DNA from: Candidatus Poseidoniales archaeon
GTDB taxonomy: Archaea; Thermoplasmatota; Poseidoniia; Poseidoniales; Poseidoniaceae
Assembly: GCA_038116375.1 (NCBI GenBank)
Contig: JAYNUQ010000006.1
Location: 5,176-69,175 of the forward strand
Direction: 5' to 3'
Length of the DNA stretch: 64,000 bases
Below are positions 36,468-45,727 of this stretch, in pieces. The notes under the pieces were generated by a model that searched no databases, was not told the origin of the DNA, and was given only the letters and a program-made list of their open reading frames with translations. Each line of letters opens with the position of its first letter. The stretch's first letter is position 1. Made by a program: the position numbers and the translations under genes.

Positions 36468-37808
36468 TCAACCAAGCAGTTCTTGGTGCATGTCAATGTA
36501 CTGAATGGTGATGTCACCGTTGTTGAAATCTTCCTCGTCCATGATGCGGCGATGCAGCGGAATCAGGTGCTCCACGCCCGTGATCATGGTCTCATCCAGC
36601 GCCGTTTTCATTCGACGAACGGCATCTTCACGGTCCCGGCCCCAGACCAAGAGTTTCGCAAGCAGAGAGTCGAAACAGCCAGGCATCTCGTAGCCTGGGT
36701 GGGCATGGGTGTCGCAGCGAATGCCGAAGCCGCTGGGGAAATGGCACTCCCACAGACGCCCCGGGCTCGGGACAAACTCTCGGGGGTCCTCGGCGTTGAG
36801 GCGGCATTGAATGGCATGACCTCGCCACGTGATGTCGTCTTGCTTCATCGGAAGCGCTTCGCCTTGTGCGACACGAATGCCAAGCTCGACGAGGTTGTGG
36901 CCCGTGATGAGTTCGGTGACGGTGTGCTCAACTTGGACACGGGGATTCACTTCGAGGAAGTAAAAATCGCCGTTGGCGTCTCGGAGGAATTCAAAGGTGG
37001 CGAGCCCCTTGTATCCCACCGACTCTGCACCCTTGCACACCAGGGCTCCAATTTCGGCCCGCTTCTCATCGGTCAACCACGGACCTTCTTCGACGAGTTT
37101 CTGGTGCCGGCGTTGAATGGAACAGAAGCGCTCACCAAAATGGATGGCGTTCTTGCCGTCGGCGAGGACTTGGAACTCCACGTGTTGTGCTCCTTGGATG
37201 TACTTCTCGACGAAGACGCGTTCATCGCCAAACGCCGATTTTGCACGGGATTGACACAGTTTCAGAGCACTCTCAAATTCGTCGGCTTTTTGCACGATTT
37301 GCATCCCGATGCCTCCGCCGCCTGCAGCCGCTTTGATGATGACTGGATAGCCGATTTCATCGGCGAGGGCACTGGCGACATCCGCACTGGCGATGGGTTC
37401 TGACGAACCCTTTGCCGTCGGGAGGCCAGCCGCTTCCATTGCGGCTCGAGCCTCAATTTTATCGCCAAGCAGCGTGATCACGCCCGAGGCTGGGCCAATG
37501 AAGGTGATGCCCTCTTCTTCAAGGCGTGCGACGAACGCCGCGTTCTCCGCCAAAAAACCGTAACCAGGGTGGACAGCGTCGCATTCGAGCTCCTTGGCGG
37601 CTTGGACCACGGCTTCAATGTCCAAGTAGGAATCCAGTGGATTGGCTCGATAGTGAGGATAGGCAATGTCCGCCATCTGTACGGGAAGCGACAAACGGTC
37701 CTCTCGACCGTGAATGATGGCGGCCTCAATGCCCATGTCTCGAAGGGTTCGCAGGATACGAAGAGCGATTTCGCCGCGGTTGGCAATCAGGACGCGCTTG
37801 AAGCCCAT
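36468..37808 (-). CDS. accC: biotin carboxylase subunit of an acyl-CoA carboxylase
   Basis: KRVLIANRGEIALRILRT, the ATP-grasp core GYPVIIKAAAGGGGIGM, and EVNPRVQVEHTVTE. Confidence 0.92.
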   Translation of the reverse strand: MGFKRVLIANRGEIALRILRTLRDMGIEAAIIHGREDRLSLPVQMADIAYPHYRANPLDSYLDIEAVVQAAKELECDAVHPGYGFLAENAAFVARLEEEGITFIGPASGVITLLGDKIEARAAMEAAGLPTAKGSSEPIASADVASALADEIGYPVIIKAAAGGGGIGMQIVQKADEFESALKLCQSRAKSAFGDERVFVEKYIQGAQHVEFQVLADGKNAIHFGERFCSIQRRHQKLVEEGPWLTDEKRAEIGALVCKGAESVGYKGLATFEFLRDANGDFYFLEVNPRVQVEHTVTELITGHNLVELGIRVAQGEALPMKQDDITWRGHAIQCRLNAEDPREFVPSPGRLWECHFPSGFGIRCDTHAHPGYEMPGCFDSLLAKLLVWGRDREDAVRRMKTALDETMITGVEHLIPLHRRIMDEEDFNNGDITIQYIDMHQELLG

Positions 37809-37896
37809 GAGATTGTCTCAGCCGAGTCAATCTATGAGCAAAGCGGTTCGAGAACGAGAAGTTCACGCGATGGGCCACCTCGTTTCACAGCGTCCA

Positions 37897-38964
37897 TCAC
37901 TGGACAGAAGGGGCTTCTTCTGGAGGATAGACGTCCCATGGTTTCGTCCCACGGCGCCGAAACATGGACTTGCGCATCGAACGGAGGAGACTCCTTGTGA
38001 ACCTCAACGAACGTCGGATGGACTGGAACGGGTGAAGCACGTACCACACCGGGTTTCGCCAACCTTTGAAGGGATGACGTAATTGGCGTAGAATGCCGTC
38101 AGGAATCGGTTCGTTGACCCCGTAGGATTGCGGTCGCCGGTCCTTTGGCATGAAATAGGTCCCAAACAGTTGGTCCCAAAACGGAAGGAACGTGGAGTAG
38201 TTCGTCCATATGGCGTCCCGTTCGTTGGTGTGATGCCAGTGATGGAATTCGGGCGTAATGATGAGGCGGTGCAACCACTTCATGCGCCACCTCACGTTTG
38301 CATGAAGGAAGAGACCCAAGATGAGTTGAGCTGCTGCGAGGGCCCCTGTCAGTTCGAAGGAAAAGCCCGCAGTGACAAGGAACACGAAGGCAGGCGCGAG
38401 GATGGTCCCGTCAAGAGGGTGAGCACGGAATCCACTGGCCCAGTCCAGGTGCTCGGTCGAATGGTGAATGGCGTGGAATTTCCACAGAACGGGAATCTCA
38501 TGGTAGAAGCGGTGCGTCCAGTAGACCAGCATGTCAAACAGAAGAAAGCCAACCACAGGCAAATAGGCGGCTGGTATCTTGGCGACGTAGGGTGCCAGCA
38601 GCAGACCCGGGACCCAAGCGAGACTGAGCAGGCCGATGAGGATGGCCACAAAGCCTGTGAGCAAACCCATGAGCGGTGAGGCGAGGGCGTAGCCGACATC
38701 CGTGTCGAGGTGAGGTCGCCTGACTTTTTGCCCTCGATGACGAGGAAACAGTTTCTCAAACGGCACCACGAGCACAAAGAGCAAGAGAACAATCACGATG
38801 CCTTCGGTTGAAATCATCAAGGCGAGGGCAATCAGCCCTAAGGTCACCAGACGAAGGAGCATGGAAATCAATCGTGCTTTGATGCCGATGCTTTCCTCTT
38901 CCATGCCACCGAATGTTGGCATCATGTTTTGAGGGCTTGGCTGTGATGTGTGCCGAGGTGACAC
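37897..38964 (-). CDS. fatty-acid hydroxylase / sterol-desaturase superfamily membrane di-iron enzyme
   Basis: Multi-TM protein with three His boxes: HRFYHE, HAIHHS and HHWHH. The start could be a downstream Met. Confidence 0.8.
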   Translation of the reverse strand: MSPRHTSQPSPQNMMPTFGGMEEESIGIKARLISMLLRLVTLGLIALALMISTEGIVIVLLLFVLVVPFEKLFPRHRGQKVRRPHLDTDVGYALASPLMGLLTGFVAILIGLLSLAWVPGLLLAPYVAKIPAAYLPVVGFLLFDMLVYWTHRFYHEIPVLWKFHAIHHSTEHLDWASGFRAHPLDGTILAPAFVFLVTAGFSFELTGALAAAQLILGLFLHANVRWRMKWLHRLIITPEFHHWHHTNERDAIWTNYSTFLPFWDQLFGTYFMPKDRRPQSYGVNEPIPDGILRQLRHPFKGWRNPVWYVLHPFQSIRRSLRFTRSLLRSMRKSMFRRRGTKPWDVYPPEEAPSVQ

Positions 38965-38987
38965 GTCCCAACACAGGCAAAGATTGT

Positions 38988-40238
38988 TCAGTACACATCA
39001 CGCAAGTAGCGCTTTTCTTCACGCATCATCGTTTTCTCAATGAAATGCGTTGCGTCGTCTTCCGACATGCCGCCGTGGTCGATGGCGATTTGAATCAATG
39101 CCCGGTGAACGTCTTTGGCCATGTATTGCTTATCACCGCAAATGTAGAAGTAAGCGCCACGCTCAAACCACTCCCAAACTTCAGCCCCGTGCTCCTTAAG
39201 TCGGTGTTGAACGTAGATTTTCTCTTCTTGGTCTCGGGACCAAGCGGTGGTGAAGCGCCAGAGGTGGCCTTCGTCGATCCACGATTCAATTTCGTCCTTG
39301 TAGTAGAACTCGGTCTTAGCGGACTGGTCGCCGAAGAACAGCCAGTTCTTGCCCGAGCCGCCGTCATGAACACGCTGTTCCATGAAGGCTCGGAACGGTG
39401 CAATTCCAGTACCGGGGCCAACCATGATGATGTCCGTGTCTTTGTCCTCGGGGAGAACGAACGACTTGGTCGGAGACATGAAGACGCCAATCGGGGCACC
39501 GGAAGTGTCGATTTCATCGGCCATGAACTGAGTGCACAGACCACCGCGGGCTCGACCGTTGTATTCGAAGCGGACAATCCCGACGGTCAATTCTACGAAA
39601 CCGGGGTGGGCGTCGTGAGACGAGGCGATGGAATAGAGGCGAGGTTTGAGGCGGTCGGCGAGTTCAAGGAATTCTTCGGGTGAATACTTCACGTCAAATT
39701 CTCGCATGATGTCAACGTAGTCTCGGGTCCAGAGGTAGTCTTCGATGGCTTTGGTGTCTGCCGTGATGGCTTCAACCTGTGCTGCGGGGTCATCAGAGGG
39801 CACCGAGGGGCGAAGAGAAGGGGGGATTTGCTGGTCCTCTGAGGCCGACCACGACGAATCGTTGCGGGTTCGGGAAACCATGCTCATCGAGATGTTCATG
39901 CCGCTCTTGACCACTTTATCAGCGAGGGATTGAACGAATTTTTTGTTGGCCATGTGGACTTCGAAATCCTTCTTGAGCGCCTCGTAAAGACTGCGCTCGC
40001 CGTTGTGTGTGGACACCGCAGCGTCTCGGTCCCAGCCCTGCACCTCAAGCAGTTCTTCAACGATGTGAGGTGGGTTTTCGGCGAGAACGCCAAGCGCATC
40101 GCCGACCTTGTAATCCATCCCAGAATCGCCAAGAGCAAAGACGACGTGTCGAGTCTCTTTGCGAGAGCCCTCGCCGTTGAGGATGAAATTTTCCGTAATT
40201 TTCGTCATGTAGGGATTCTTTGCGGACCAATCAGCCAT
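38988..40238 (-). CDS. FAD/NADPH-binding reductase of the CysJ / cytochrome-P450-reductase FNR-like type (no flavodoxin domain)
   Basis: RLYSIASS (FAD), GPGTGIAPFRAF (NADPH), YICGD, and the C-terminal YLRDVY. Confidence 0.85.
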   Translation of the reverse strand: MADWSAKNPYMTKITENFILNGEGSRKETRHVVFALGDSGMDYKVGDALGVLAENPPHIVEELLEVQGWDRDAAVSTHNGERSLYEALKKDFEVHMANKKFVQSLADKVVKSGMNISMSMVSRTRNDSSWSASEDQQIPPSLRPSVPSDDPAAQVEAITADTKAIEDYLWTRDYVDIMREFDVKYSPEEFLELADRLKPRLYSIASSHDAHPGFVELTVGIVRFEYNGRARGGLCTQFMADEIDTSGAPIGVFMSPTKSFVLPEDKDTDIIMVGPGTGIAPFRAFMEQRVHDGGSGKNWLFFGDQSAKTEFYYKDEIESWIDEGHLWRFTTAWSRDQEEKIYVQHRLKEHGAEVWEWFERGAYFYICGDKQYMAKDVHRALIQIAIDHGGMSEDDATHFIEKTMMREEKRYLRDVY

Positions 40239-40370
40239 CTCCTCACCTCGTCCAAACGTGGGACAGTTTTCGCACTCAAGGTCGCTATATCATCGTTGGT
40301 ATCCTTTCACATCACACCGCTCATCCGAGGCGACCGATGAGAACAAGAAGCAGCATCTGTTCCCGATGGC

Positions 40371-41156
40371 ATGGTCCACCGCATTGAGATGTTAGGGACG
40401 GGCAACGCCTTTCTTCCCCACGGAAGGCACCACTCCTTTGCGCTCTTCGGGCAGCACCACATCATCGATGCCCCCCCCACTGCACTCGCCGGCCTTCGCC
40501 GAAAGGGCATTGATGTCTCCTCTGTTCAAACGGTGTTCATTACACACGTCCACGGAGACCATGTCTTCGGATTCCCGTTCCTTCTTCTGGAACGAAAATA
40601 CATCTCAGACCGAGAAGGGCAGCAACCGCTGAAGGTTGTCGGAACGCCCTTCGTCAAAGAGCGCCTCACGCAACTCTGCAGGTTGGCCTTCCCTGGGTCC
40701 TTGGACAGCATGCTTGACCGCATCACCTGGGTGATGGAAGATGAAGGGGCGCTTGATGACGGTTGGCGATGGGAGCGGTTTGAAGTCCATCATGAAGATG
40801 CTGTTGAGCCCCACGGCTACCGCTTTGAACATGAAGACGGAGCTTCGTTTGTCCACAGCGGAGACTCGGGGCCTTGCGAACCGCTGTATGAAGCCATCGA
40901 ACGCTCCCACCTGGCGGTCTTGGAGATGGGATTTCCAGATTGGGTGCCGTCAACGCATCATCACAAACCGATGGACGTGGCCGCGCTCGCTGCCCGCTGC
41001 TCAACGCCGCTTGGGATCACGCACACCTACATTGACGACGAAAGCCCGTTTCCAAAATTACTCGATGATGCGGCACCGGATTTCCCCAGGCATGTGGTTC
41101 TCCTTCGAGACGGCGATGCCATGATTTGGACCGGTGAGGCTTGGAAATTTGAGTGA
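40371..41156 (+). CDS. metallo-beta-lactamase-fold hydrolase
   Basis: HVHGDHVFG (HxHxDH) motif. Size and layout resemble RNase Z/PhnP-like enzymes. Confidence 0.75.
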   Translation: MVHRIEMLGTGNAFLPHGRHHSFALFGQHHIIDAPPTALAGLRRKGIDVSSVQTVFITHVHGDHVFGFPFLLLERKYISDREGQQPLKVVGTPFVKERLTQLCRLAFPGSLDSMLDRITWVMEDEGALDDGWRWERFEVHHEDAVEPHGYRFEHEDGASFVHSGDSGPCEPLYEAIERSHLAVLEMGFPDWVPSTHHHKPMDVAALAARCSTPLGITHTYIDDESPFPKLLDDAAPDFPRHVVLLRDGDAMIWTGEAWKFE

Positions 41157-41371
41157 TCGCCTCGGGCAAAATCAATGCTTGAGAATGTTCATTTTTCATT
41201 TCGCGGTCTCCCTTTATAGTCTAAAGTGAGGAGTGCATTGTTCATCAAAACCACACCTTCCATCGGTCGTGGTGGACAGGCATATAAGGGGGACTCGGAC
41301 TCACCAGCAACATGGCGTTGAGTCTGCTGATGACTCCCTCGTCAACGGTATAAATAGGGAGGTGAATTTTG

Positions 41372-42613
41372 ATGGAAACCAACATCTTTGACAAATTCAT
41401 TTCCCAAAAAACCCTCTTCAAAAACAAAGAACACCTTCGCCACAATTACAGGCCAAGAAACCTCCCTCACCGGGAGGAAGAGATTGAGAAAATCTCCTAC
41501 AACTTGTGGGAGGCCCTCAAAGGACACATCCCCAGCAACATGACGTTGTACGGAGTTACGGGCGCCGGCAAGACCGCCGTCACGGACTACGTCTGTCATC
41601 ACCTCAAGGCCAAGGGCGAAACCATGAACCGTCAGGTTGAGTCCATCATGGTGAATTGCCGCCAAATTGACACGCAATACCGTGTACTCAGCCACATTGG
41701 AAATTCATTGCTTGAGGACTTTGAAAACGACGAAATTCCCTTCACGGGTTGGCCAACCGACCGTGTGTTCAACGAACTGATTCGCAGGATGGACCGTCGA
41801 GGTGGGGTGTTCGTCATCGTTCTCGACGAAATTGACCATTTGGTCCGAAAAGCCGGTGATGATCTCCTTTACAATCTCACCAACATGAATTCCTCACTCA
41901 AATCCGCTCGAGCCTGCGTTATTGGCATTTCAAACGACCTCAAATTTACCGATTTCCTCGACCCTCGGGTTCGCTCCCGTCTCGGACAACTCGATGTGCT
42001 CTTCCGCCCTTACGACGCAGAGCAATTGCAGAACATCTTGCGCCAACGTGCTCAAGAAGGGCTTGACGCAGAGGCCATTGGACCCGGCGTCATTGAATTG
42101 TGTGCCGCTCTCGCTGCCCAGGAGCACGGTGACGCTCGCTGTGCACTCGACCTGCTTCGCATCTCTGCGGAGAAGGCCGAGCAATTTGGCGAGAAGGTCG
42201 TCAATCAAAGCCACGTTCGAATCGCCCAAAGCCAGATTGAATCGGATCAGATGACGCCCGTCATCGCCTCGCTCCCAAGCCAACAAAAGTTGGTCCTGGC
42301 GGCCATCTTGCTCAACGAGCAAAACGGGCTCCGCAACGTACAGACGGGACAAGTGTACGACATTTACCGACAAGCCTGTCGGCACGTCCGACAAAATCCG
42401 CTCACCCAACGCAGAATTTCGGGATTGATATCCAACCTCGACATGTTGGGATTGATCACCGCTCGCGTGGTCAGCAAAGGCCGCGGTGGGCGGTCAAAGG
42501 AAATCAATTCCTGCATTCCAAAAGACGTTGACGCCCGAGAGATCATGTCGGCCGCTGAAGATGAAATGCGGGCGGTCTTCAACTCAAGTTATCACCATCA
42601 AACATCCCTTTGA
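41372..42613 (+). CDS. orc1: Orc1/Cdc6 replication initiator
   Basis: N-terminal YRPRNLPHREEEIEKI, Walker A YGVTGAGKTAV, Walker B VFVIVLDEIDHL, sensor region GISND, and a C-terminal winged helix. GGGAGGTGA at 41357-41365 lies 6 nt before the ATG. Confidence 0.92.
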   Translation: METNIFDKFISQKTLFKNKEHLRHNYRPRNLPHREEEIEKISYNLWEALKGHIPSNMTLYGVTGAGKTAVTDYVCHHLKAKGETMNRQVESIMVNCRQIDTQYRVLSHIGNSLLEDFENDEIPFTGWPTDRVFNELIRRMDRRGGVFVIVLDEIDHLVRKAGDDLLYNLTNMNSSLKSARACVIGISNDLKFTDFLDPRVRSRLGQLDVLFRPYDAEQLQNILRQRAQEGLDAEAIGPGVIELCAALAAQEHGDARCALDLLRISAEKAEQFGEKVVNQSHVRIAQSQIESDQMTPVIASLPSQQKLVLAAILLNEQNGLRNVQTGQVYDIYRQACRHVRQNPLTQRRISGLISNLDMLGLITARVVSKGRGGRSKEINSCIPKDVDAREIMSAAEDEMRAVFNSSYHHQTSL

Positions 42614-42681
42614 GGCGAGCGTTGTCTCAAACGGTGGCTCGGTTCGGTGTGCTTAAATGCAGTTCGCCAGTCGGCGTGAGC

Positions 42682-43230
42682 ATGAGCGACGACGAGTCCA
42701 GCCAAGTGATGGACGGGAATGTGCCCGTTTACGCCTCCGCCATGGTCTTCCTTGGCGTTTGGGGACTGGTTCTTGCCGCATTGAACATGTTCAGCATGGC
42801 CCACCCGACCTACCATGTGTCTTGGGGAGGTCTTCTGACCTTCGAAGCCACCAACGCTGCCTTTGGAGAAGCAAAGGACGGATTCCACTTTGAAGTGCTC
42901 GGCGACACCGTCTTCATCGCAGGATGCCTCGGCCTTATCGCCTTCGGGGCTCGGTCCGTGAACGAACGCCACTCCATGGCCGACTGGGCCAAGGGTTTGC
43001 TCATCAACGACACCTGGCCTGCCCTCAACGACCCAGGTCTTGGTGGCGGACAGCGCACCCTGGCCGCCTGGTGCATGGTGCTTGGCTTGGCGTTCTACCT
43101 TTACTTCGGCATCAGCCACAGTGGATGGATTGACGTCGGCGTTTACTCGGTCTTCATTGCATTGATGGCGTCTGGAATTGCCCTCAATCATGCCAGCCGC
43201 GTTCCACCTGGCGATGACAAAATTGACTGA
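42682..43230 (+). CDS. hypothetical 4-TM membrane protein
   Basis: From MSDDESSQVMDG there are four hydrophobic helices. The ORF opens at 42610. Confidence 0.6.
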   Translation: MSDDESSQVMDGNVPVYASAMVFLGVWGLVLAALNMFSMAHPTYHVSWGGLLTFEATNAAFGEAKDGFHFEVLGDTVFIAGCLGLIAFGARSVNERHSMADWAKGLLINDTWPALNDPGLGGGQRTLAAWCMVLGLAFYLYFGISHSGWIDVGVYSVFIALMASGIALNHASRVPPGDDKID

Positions 43231-43235
43231 AGTCG

Positions 43236-44345
43236 CTACCGCTTGTGGCCGTTGCGCCCTAACAACGCATCGAGGCAACCCAAAAACAAGCCTTGCCAAA
43301 GCGCCACACTCCATCGGAACGTGAGCCGTCGAACGCCAAGCATGGCGATGAACCTGTTGTCCTGAGTTGAACGCATGACCTCTCGGTTCACCACGCCCAG
43401 CCGCCCTCGCCAGAGGAGGATTTCGTGGAGGGCAAGCAGGAGAAGTGAAACGAGCAGTACCCGACCCTCCCAACGATTGAGTGCAGAGGTATCAAACGCG
43501 ACCTCGCCCGTCCAGTATCCCCAAAGAAACGGCACGCCTGCAACCAAAATGCCCAACCAGATTGGAAGGAGGCACAAAACCATGGTTGAGCTCCCTAAAA
43601 AGTCGAAACCAGGGCCTCGCCGCCGATGTTTTGGGTGGTGACGAACAATGCGCAGGTGTGCTCGTGCGTCCCGACGACGTTTGGCCAAAAAATGGGCAGA
43701 GCCCGTCTCAGGGACGTGCTTGACCAGCGCGTCCCGAGCGTAGACAATGGTCCCTCCCGCTTCGATCAGCCGGAGACTGACTTCCATGTCCTCTGCGTGA
43801 TACCATGACGGGTCAAATCCTCCAACATCGAGAAGGGCTTGTCTGTGGAACATCGAGCACGGGCCGTTGGCGAGGCTGGTGCGCCGAGGGCGTGCACGGT
43901 ATTTTGCCGCGATTTCCACCGAACGGAGTCGACTCACCAAATCGTTGGCCTGTTCAAACACCGTACGACCGGTGATGGCCACCACATGTTCCTCTTCTGA
44001 AACAGGTTGGATGTGCGCCACCATGTTGGCCACCCAATCGGGCTCTGGCCGAACATCAATATCGGTAATCGCCACCCATTCGCCTTTGGCATGCTCGACC
44101 GCCCATTGGCGCCCAGCGGACAGTCCCAGTGGTGGCTGGTGATGAACGCGGAGCGGGAACCCGCGTTCACCGTCAGGGTCGTGGTAAGCATCCAAAAGTT
44201 CCTCAGCACCATCGGTTGACCCGTCGTTGACCACGAGAAGTTCAATCGACGGATGGGTCTGATTGAGCAGCGCATCCAAACACCCTGAAATCCAGTGAGC
44301 GCCGTCGCGGACGCAAACAGAAACGGAGACCATCGGTCCCGTCAT
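43236..44345 (-). CDS. family-2 glycosyltransferase with C-terminal TM segments
   Basis: VSVCVRDGAHWISGCLDALLNQTHPSIELLVVNDGSTDG, a DxD-like ITDIDV, and HAEDME. Confidence 0.85.
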   Translation of the reverse strand: MTGPMVSVSVCVRDGAHWISGCLDALLNQTHPSIELLVVNDGSTDGAEELLDAYHDPDGERGFPLRVHHQPPLGLSAGRQWAVEHAKGEWVAITDIDVRPEPDWVANMVAHIQPVSEEEHVVAITGRTVFEQANDLVSRLRSVEIAAKYRARPRRTSLANGPCSMFHRQALLDVGGFDPSWYHAEDMEVSLRLIEAGGTIVYARDALVKHVPETGSAHFLAKRRRDARAHLRIVRHHPKHRRRGPGFDFLGSSTMVLCLLPIWLGILVAGVPFLWGYWTGEVAFDTSALNRWEGRVLLVSLLLLALHEILLWRGRLGVVNREVMRSTQDNRFIAMLGVRRLTFRWSVALWQGLFLGCLDALLGRNGHKR

Positions 44346-45383
44346 TCAAACCACCTCGAACAGTTCGAGCAGACGACGGCACCGAGCCTTCGTTTCGAGG
44401 CTGCTCTGCTGAACCACGACACCAACGCCCGGCTGTCCGTAAAGCACGACGGCGTGGAGGGGAACATGCAGGTGTATGAAAAGCGGAGCCAAATCCTCTT
44501 CCCCGTCGACAACAACCACCGTTGGCTGTTCAAGCGTGACGGCCGTGGTGATGGCCTCGTTGAGTTCAGGGGTGAGAACCCCCGGAGGATTGCTCGCCTC
44601 CAGCACATGAGAAAAGGCGTTGAGGTTGACTCGGTCTTCATCCGGCAACGCTTCACGTTTGGTTTGTCCGTCGACAAAACCAATGTCAGGAACAACATCG
44701 AGGTTCAACAGCGTTGAGACGGTCACGTCGCCTACGGCGATGAGGATGCTCTGCGACGTGTCGATGTCTTCGAGCGCAGCCAGCATCGCCACCTCCGGAG
44801 AGGTTTCGGGCCCTTTGTAGAGGGCCCCCATCGGCGTTTTGAGTTCGGGCTCGGCTCGTGGGTGCATGCGTAGGATTTGGCCCTCCCATGCTTCTGAAAA
44901 CCAGGGGTGTCCTTCCTCGTCAACTGCTCCGTTTCGTATGCGGGATGAACTGATGATGTGGCCGTTGATGTCCTTCATGTGAGCGACTTCAATGATGTGC
45001 AGAGGCGCCAATCCGCTCGCAGAACGTTTGTCGTTGATGCGCTCGCACTCTGCCTTGGTCTCCGGTGTTGCAACGATGCAATCCGCAGACGGGTGGGAAG
45101 GAGCTGGGCCATGAAGATCGGTCAACTGATGGACGGATACCCTCGTTGGGGCATTCACCTCAATCCAGTTCAACAATTCATCGCGCCGAGTTTCAAAGGA
45201 TTGCATGTTCACCGATTTTTGGTCGGCCATAACGTCGCTCGTGACATGAATTTCAACGCGCTCAGCCGAACGGCACGCTGCGTCCAAGAGCAATCGATGC
45301 CCAGCGTGGAGCCGATCAAACGTGCCGCCGACCAAACAAAGTTGGAACTGCGGAGACACTCCCATGCTGGTGGCTTGGTCCAA
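44346..45383 (-). CDS. fusion of archaeal-type phosphopantetheine adenylyltransferase (N-terminal) and DUF359 GTP-dependent dephospho-CoA kinase (C-terminal)
   Basis: N-terminal half: VGGTFDRLHAGHRLLL and ISSSRIR (cytidylyltransferase-like PPAT). C-terminal half: LKTPMGALY, AVGDVTVSTLL..DVVPDIGFVDGQTKRE, NPPGVLT, VVVDGEEDLAPL and VLYGQPGVGVV (DUF359 pattern). Confidence 0.75.
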   Translation of the reverse strand: MDQATSMGVSPQFQLCLVGGTFDRLHAGHRLLLDAACRSAERVEIHVTSDVMADQKSVNMQSFETRRDELLNWIEVNAPTRVSVHQLTDLHGPAPSHPSADCIVATPETKAECERINDKRSASGLAPLHIIEVAHMKDINGHIISSSRIRNGAVDEEGHPWFSEAWEGQILRMHPRAEPELKTPMGALYKGPETSPEVAMLAALEDIDTSQSILIAVGDVTVSTLLNLDVVPDIGFVDGQTKREALPDEDRVNLNAFSHVLEASNPPGVLTPELNEAITTAVTLEQPTVVVVDGEEDLAPLFIHLHVPLHAVVLYGQPGVGVVVQQSSLETKARCRRLLELFEVV

Positions 45384-45727
45384 CGGCCTTTGAGTTCATC
45401 GCCAAAAAGCGAACGCAAATCGCTTGTTCAGCATACTGTGCCCCAACACCTAACGGCCTTGTTCACAGTTTCCTCCGAGGCCTGACCCTCGGTGTCGGGG
45501 CGTGCTGTCCGGTAAGGTGGTTGTCTTGTGTTCATTCTTGCGTCGCACAAGGACCCATAACCCACCGATGGTTTACCGCATTTGCACCGGAAGTCACTCC
45601 CCGAAGGGTCGTCCCAGTCTTCGATTGCGGCCGTACACATGGTGTCAGACGTCATTGCTCGTTTCACAGTCGCTCAGCCTGATGTTGCAGGTACGGTAGT
45701 CCGTCCTCCTGACGACTCCTAATCAAT

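Noticed and set aside
36123-37403. 426-aa plus-strand ORF
   Set aside because: It is antisense to the biotin carboxylase and PfkB genes, which are clearly real, and it has no recognisable motif.
41349-41356. TATAAATA immediately upstream of orc1/cdc6 as its core promoter
   Set aside because: It is only 16-23 nt from the ATG. A TSS about 26 nt downstream would therefore fall inside the coding sequence. The adjacent GGGAGGTGA looks like an SD, so the real promoter is probably further upstream.
42598-43473. 291-aa minus-strand ORF
   Set aside because: It overlaps the convergent ends of a membrane-protein gene and the GT2 gene. Its composition is typical of antisense frames.
45470-45500. The minus-strand string GGUCAGGCCUCGGAGGAAAC resembles the SRP RNA helix-8 motif GGUCAGGUCCGGAAGGAAGC
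   Set aside because: The GUCAGG part is the loop of the perfect CCGAGG/CCUCGG hairpin, so the GNAR-tetraloop geometry of SRP domain IV is not reproduced. I could not find the matching 3' strand or an Alu-domain. I kept only the general note that the spacer is unassigned.
45428-45667. 79-aa Cys-containing ORF (minus strand, GTG start) in the 344-nt spacer
   Set aside because: Third-codon positions are about 40% A/T, unlike the neighbouring genes. There is no SD or TATA at a sensible distance and no recognisable zinc-ribbon spacing. Coding potential is unconvincing without conservation data.
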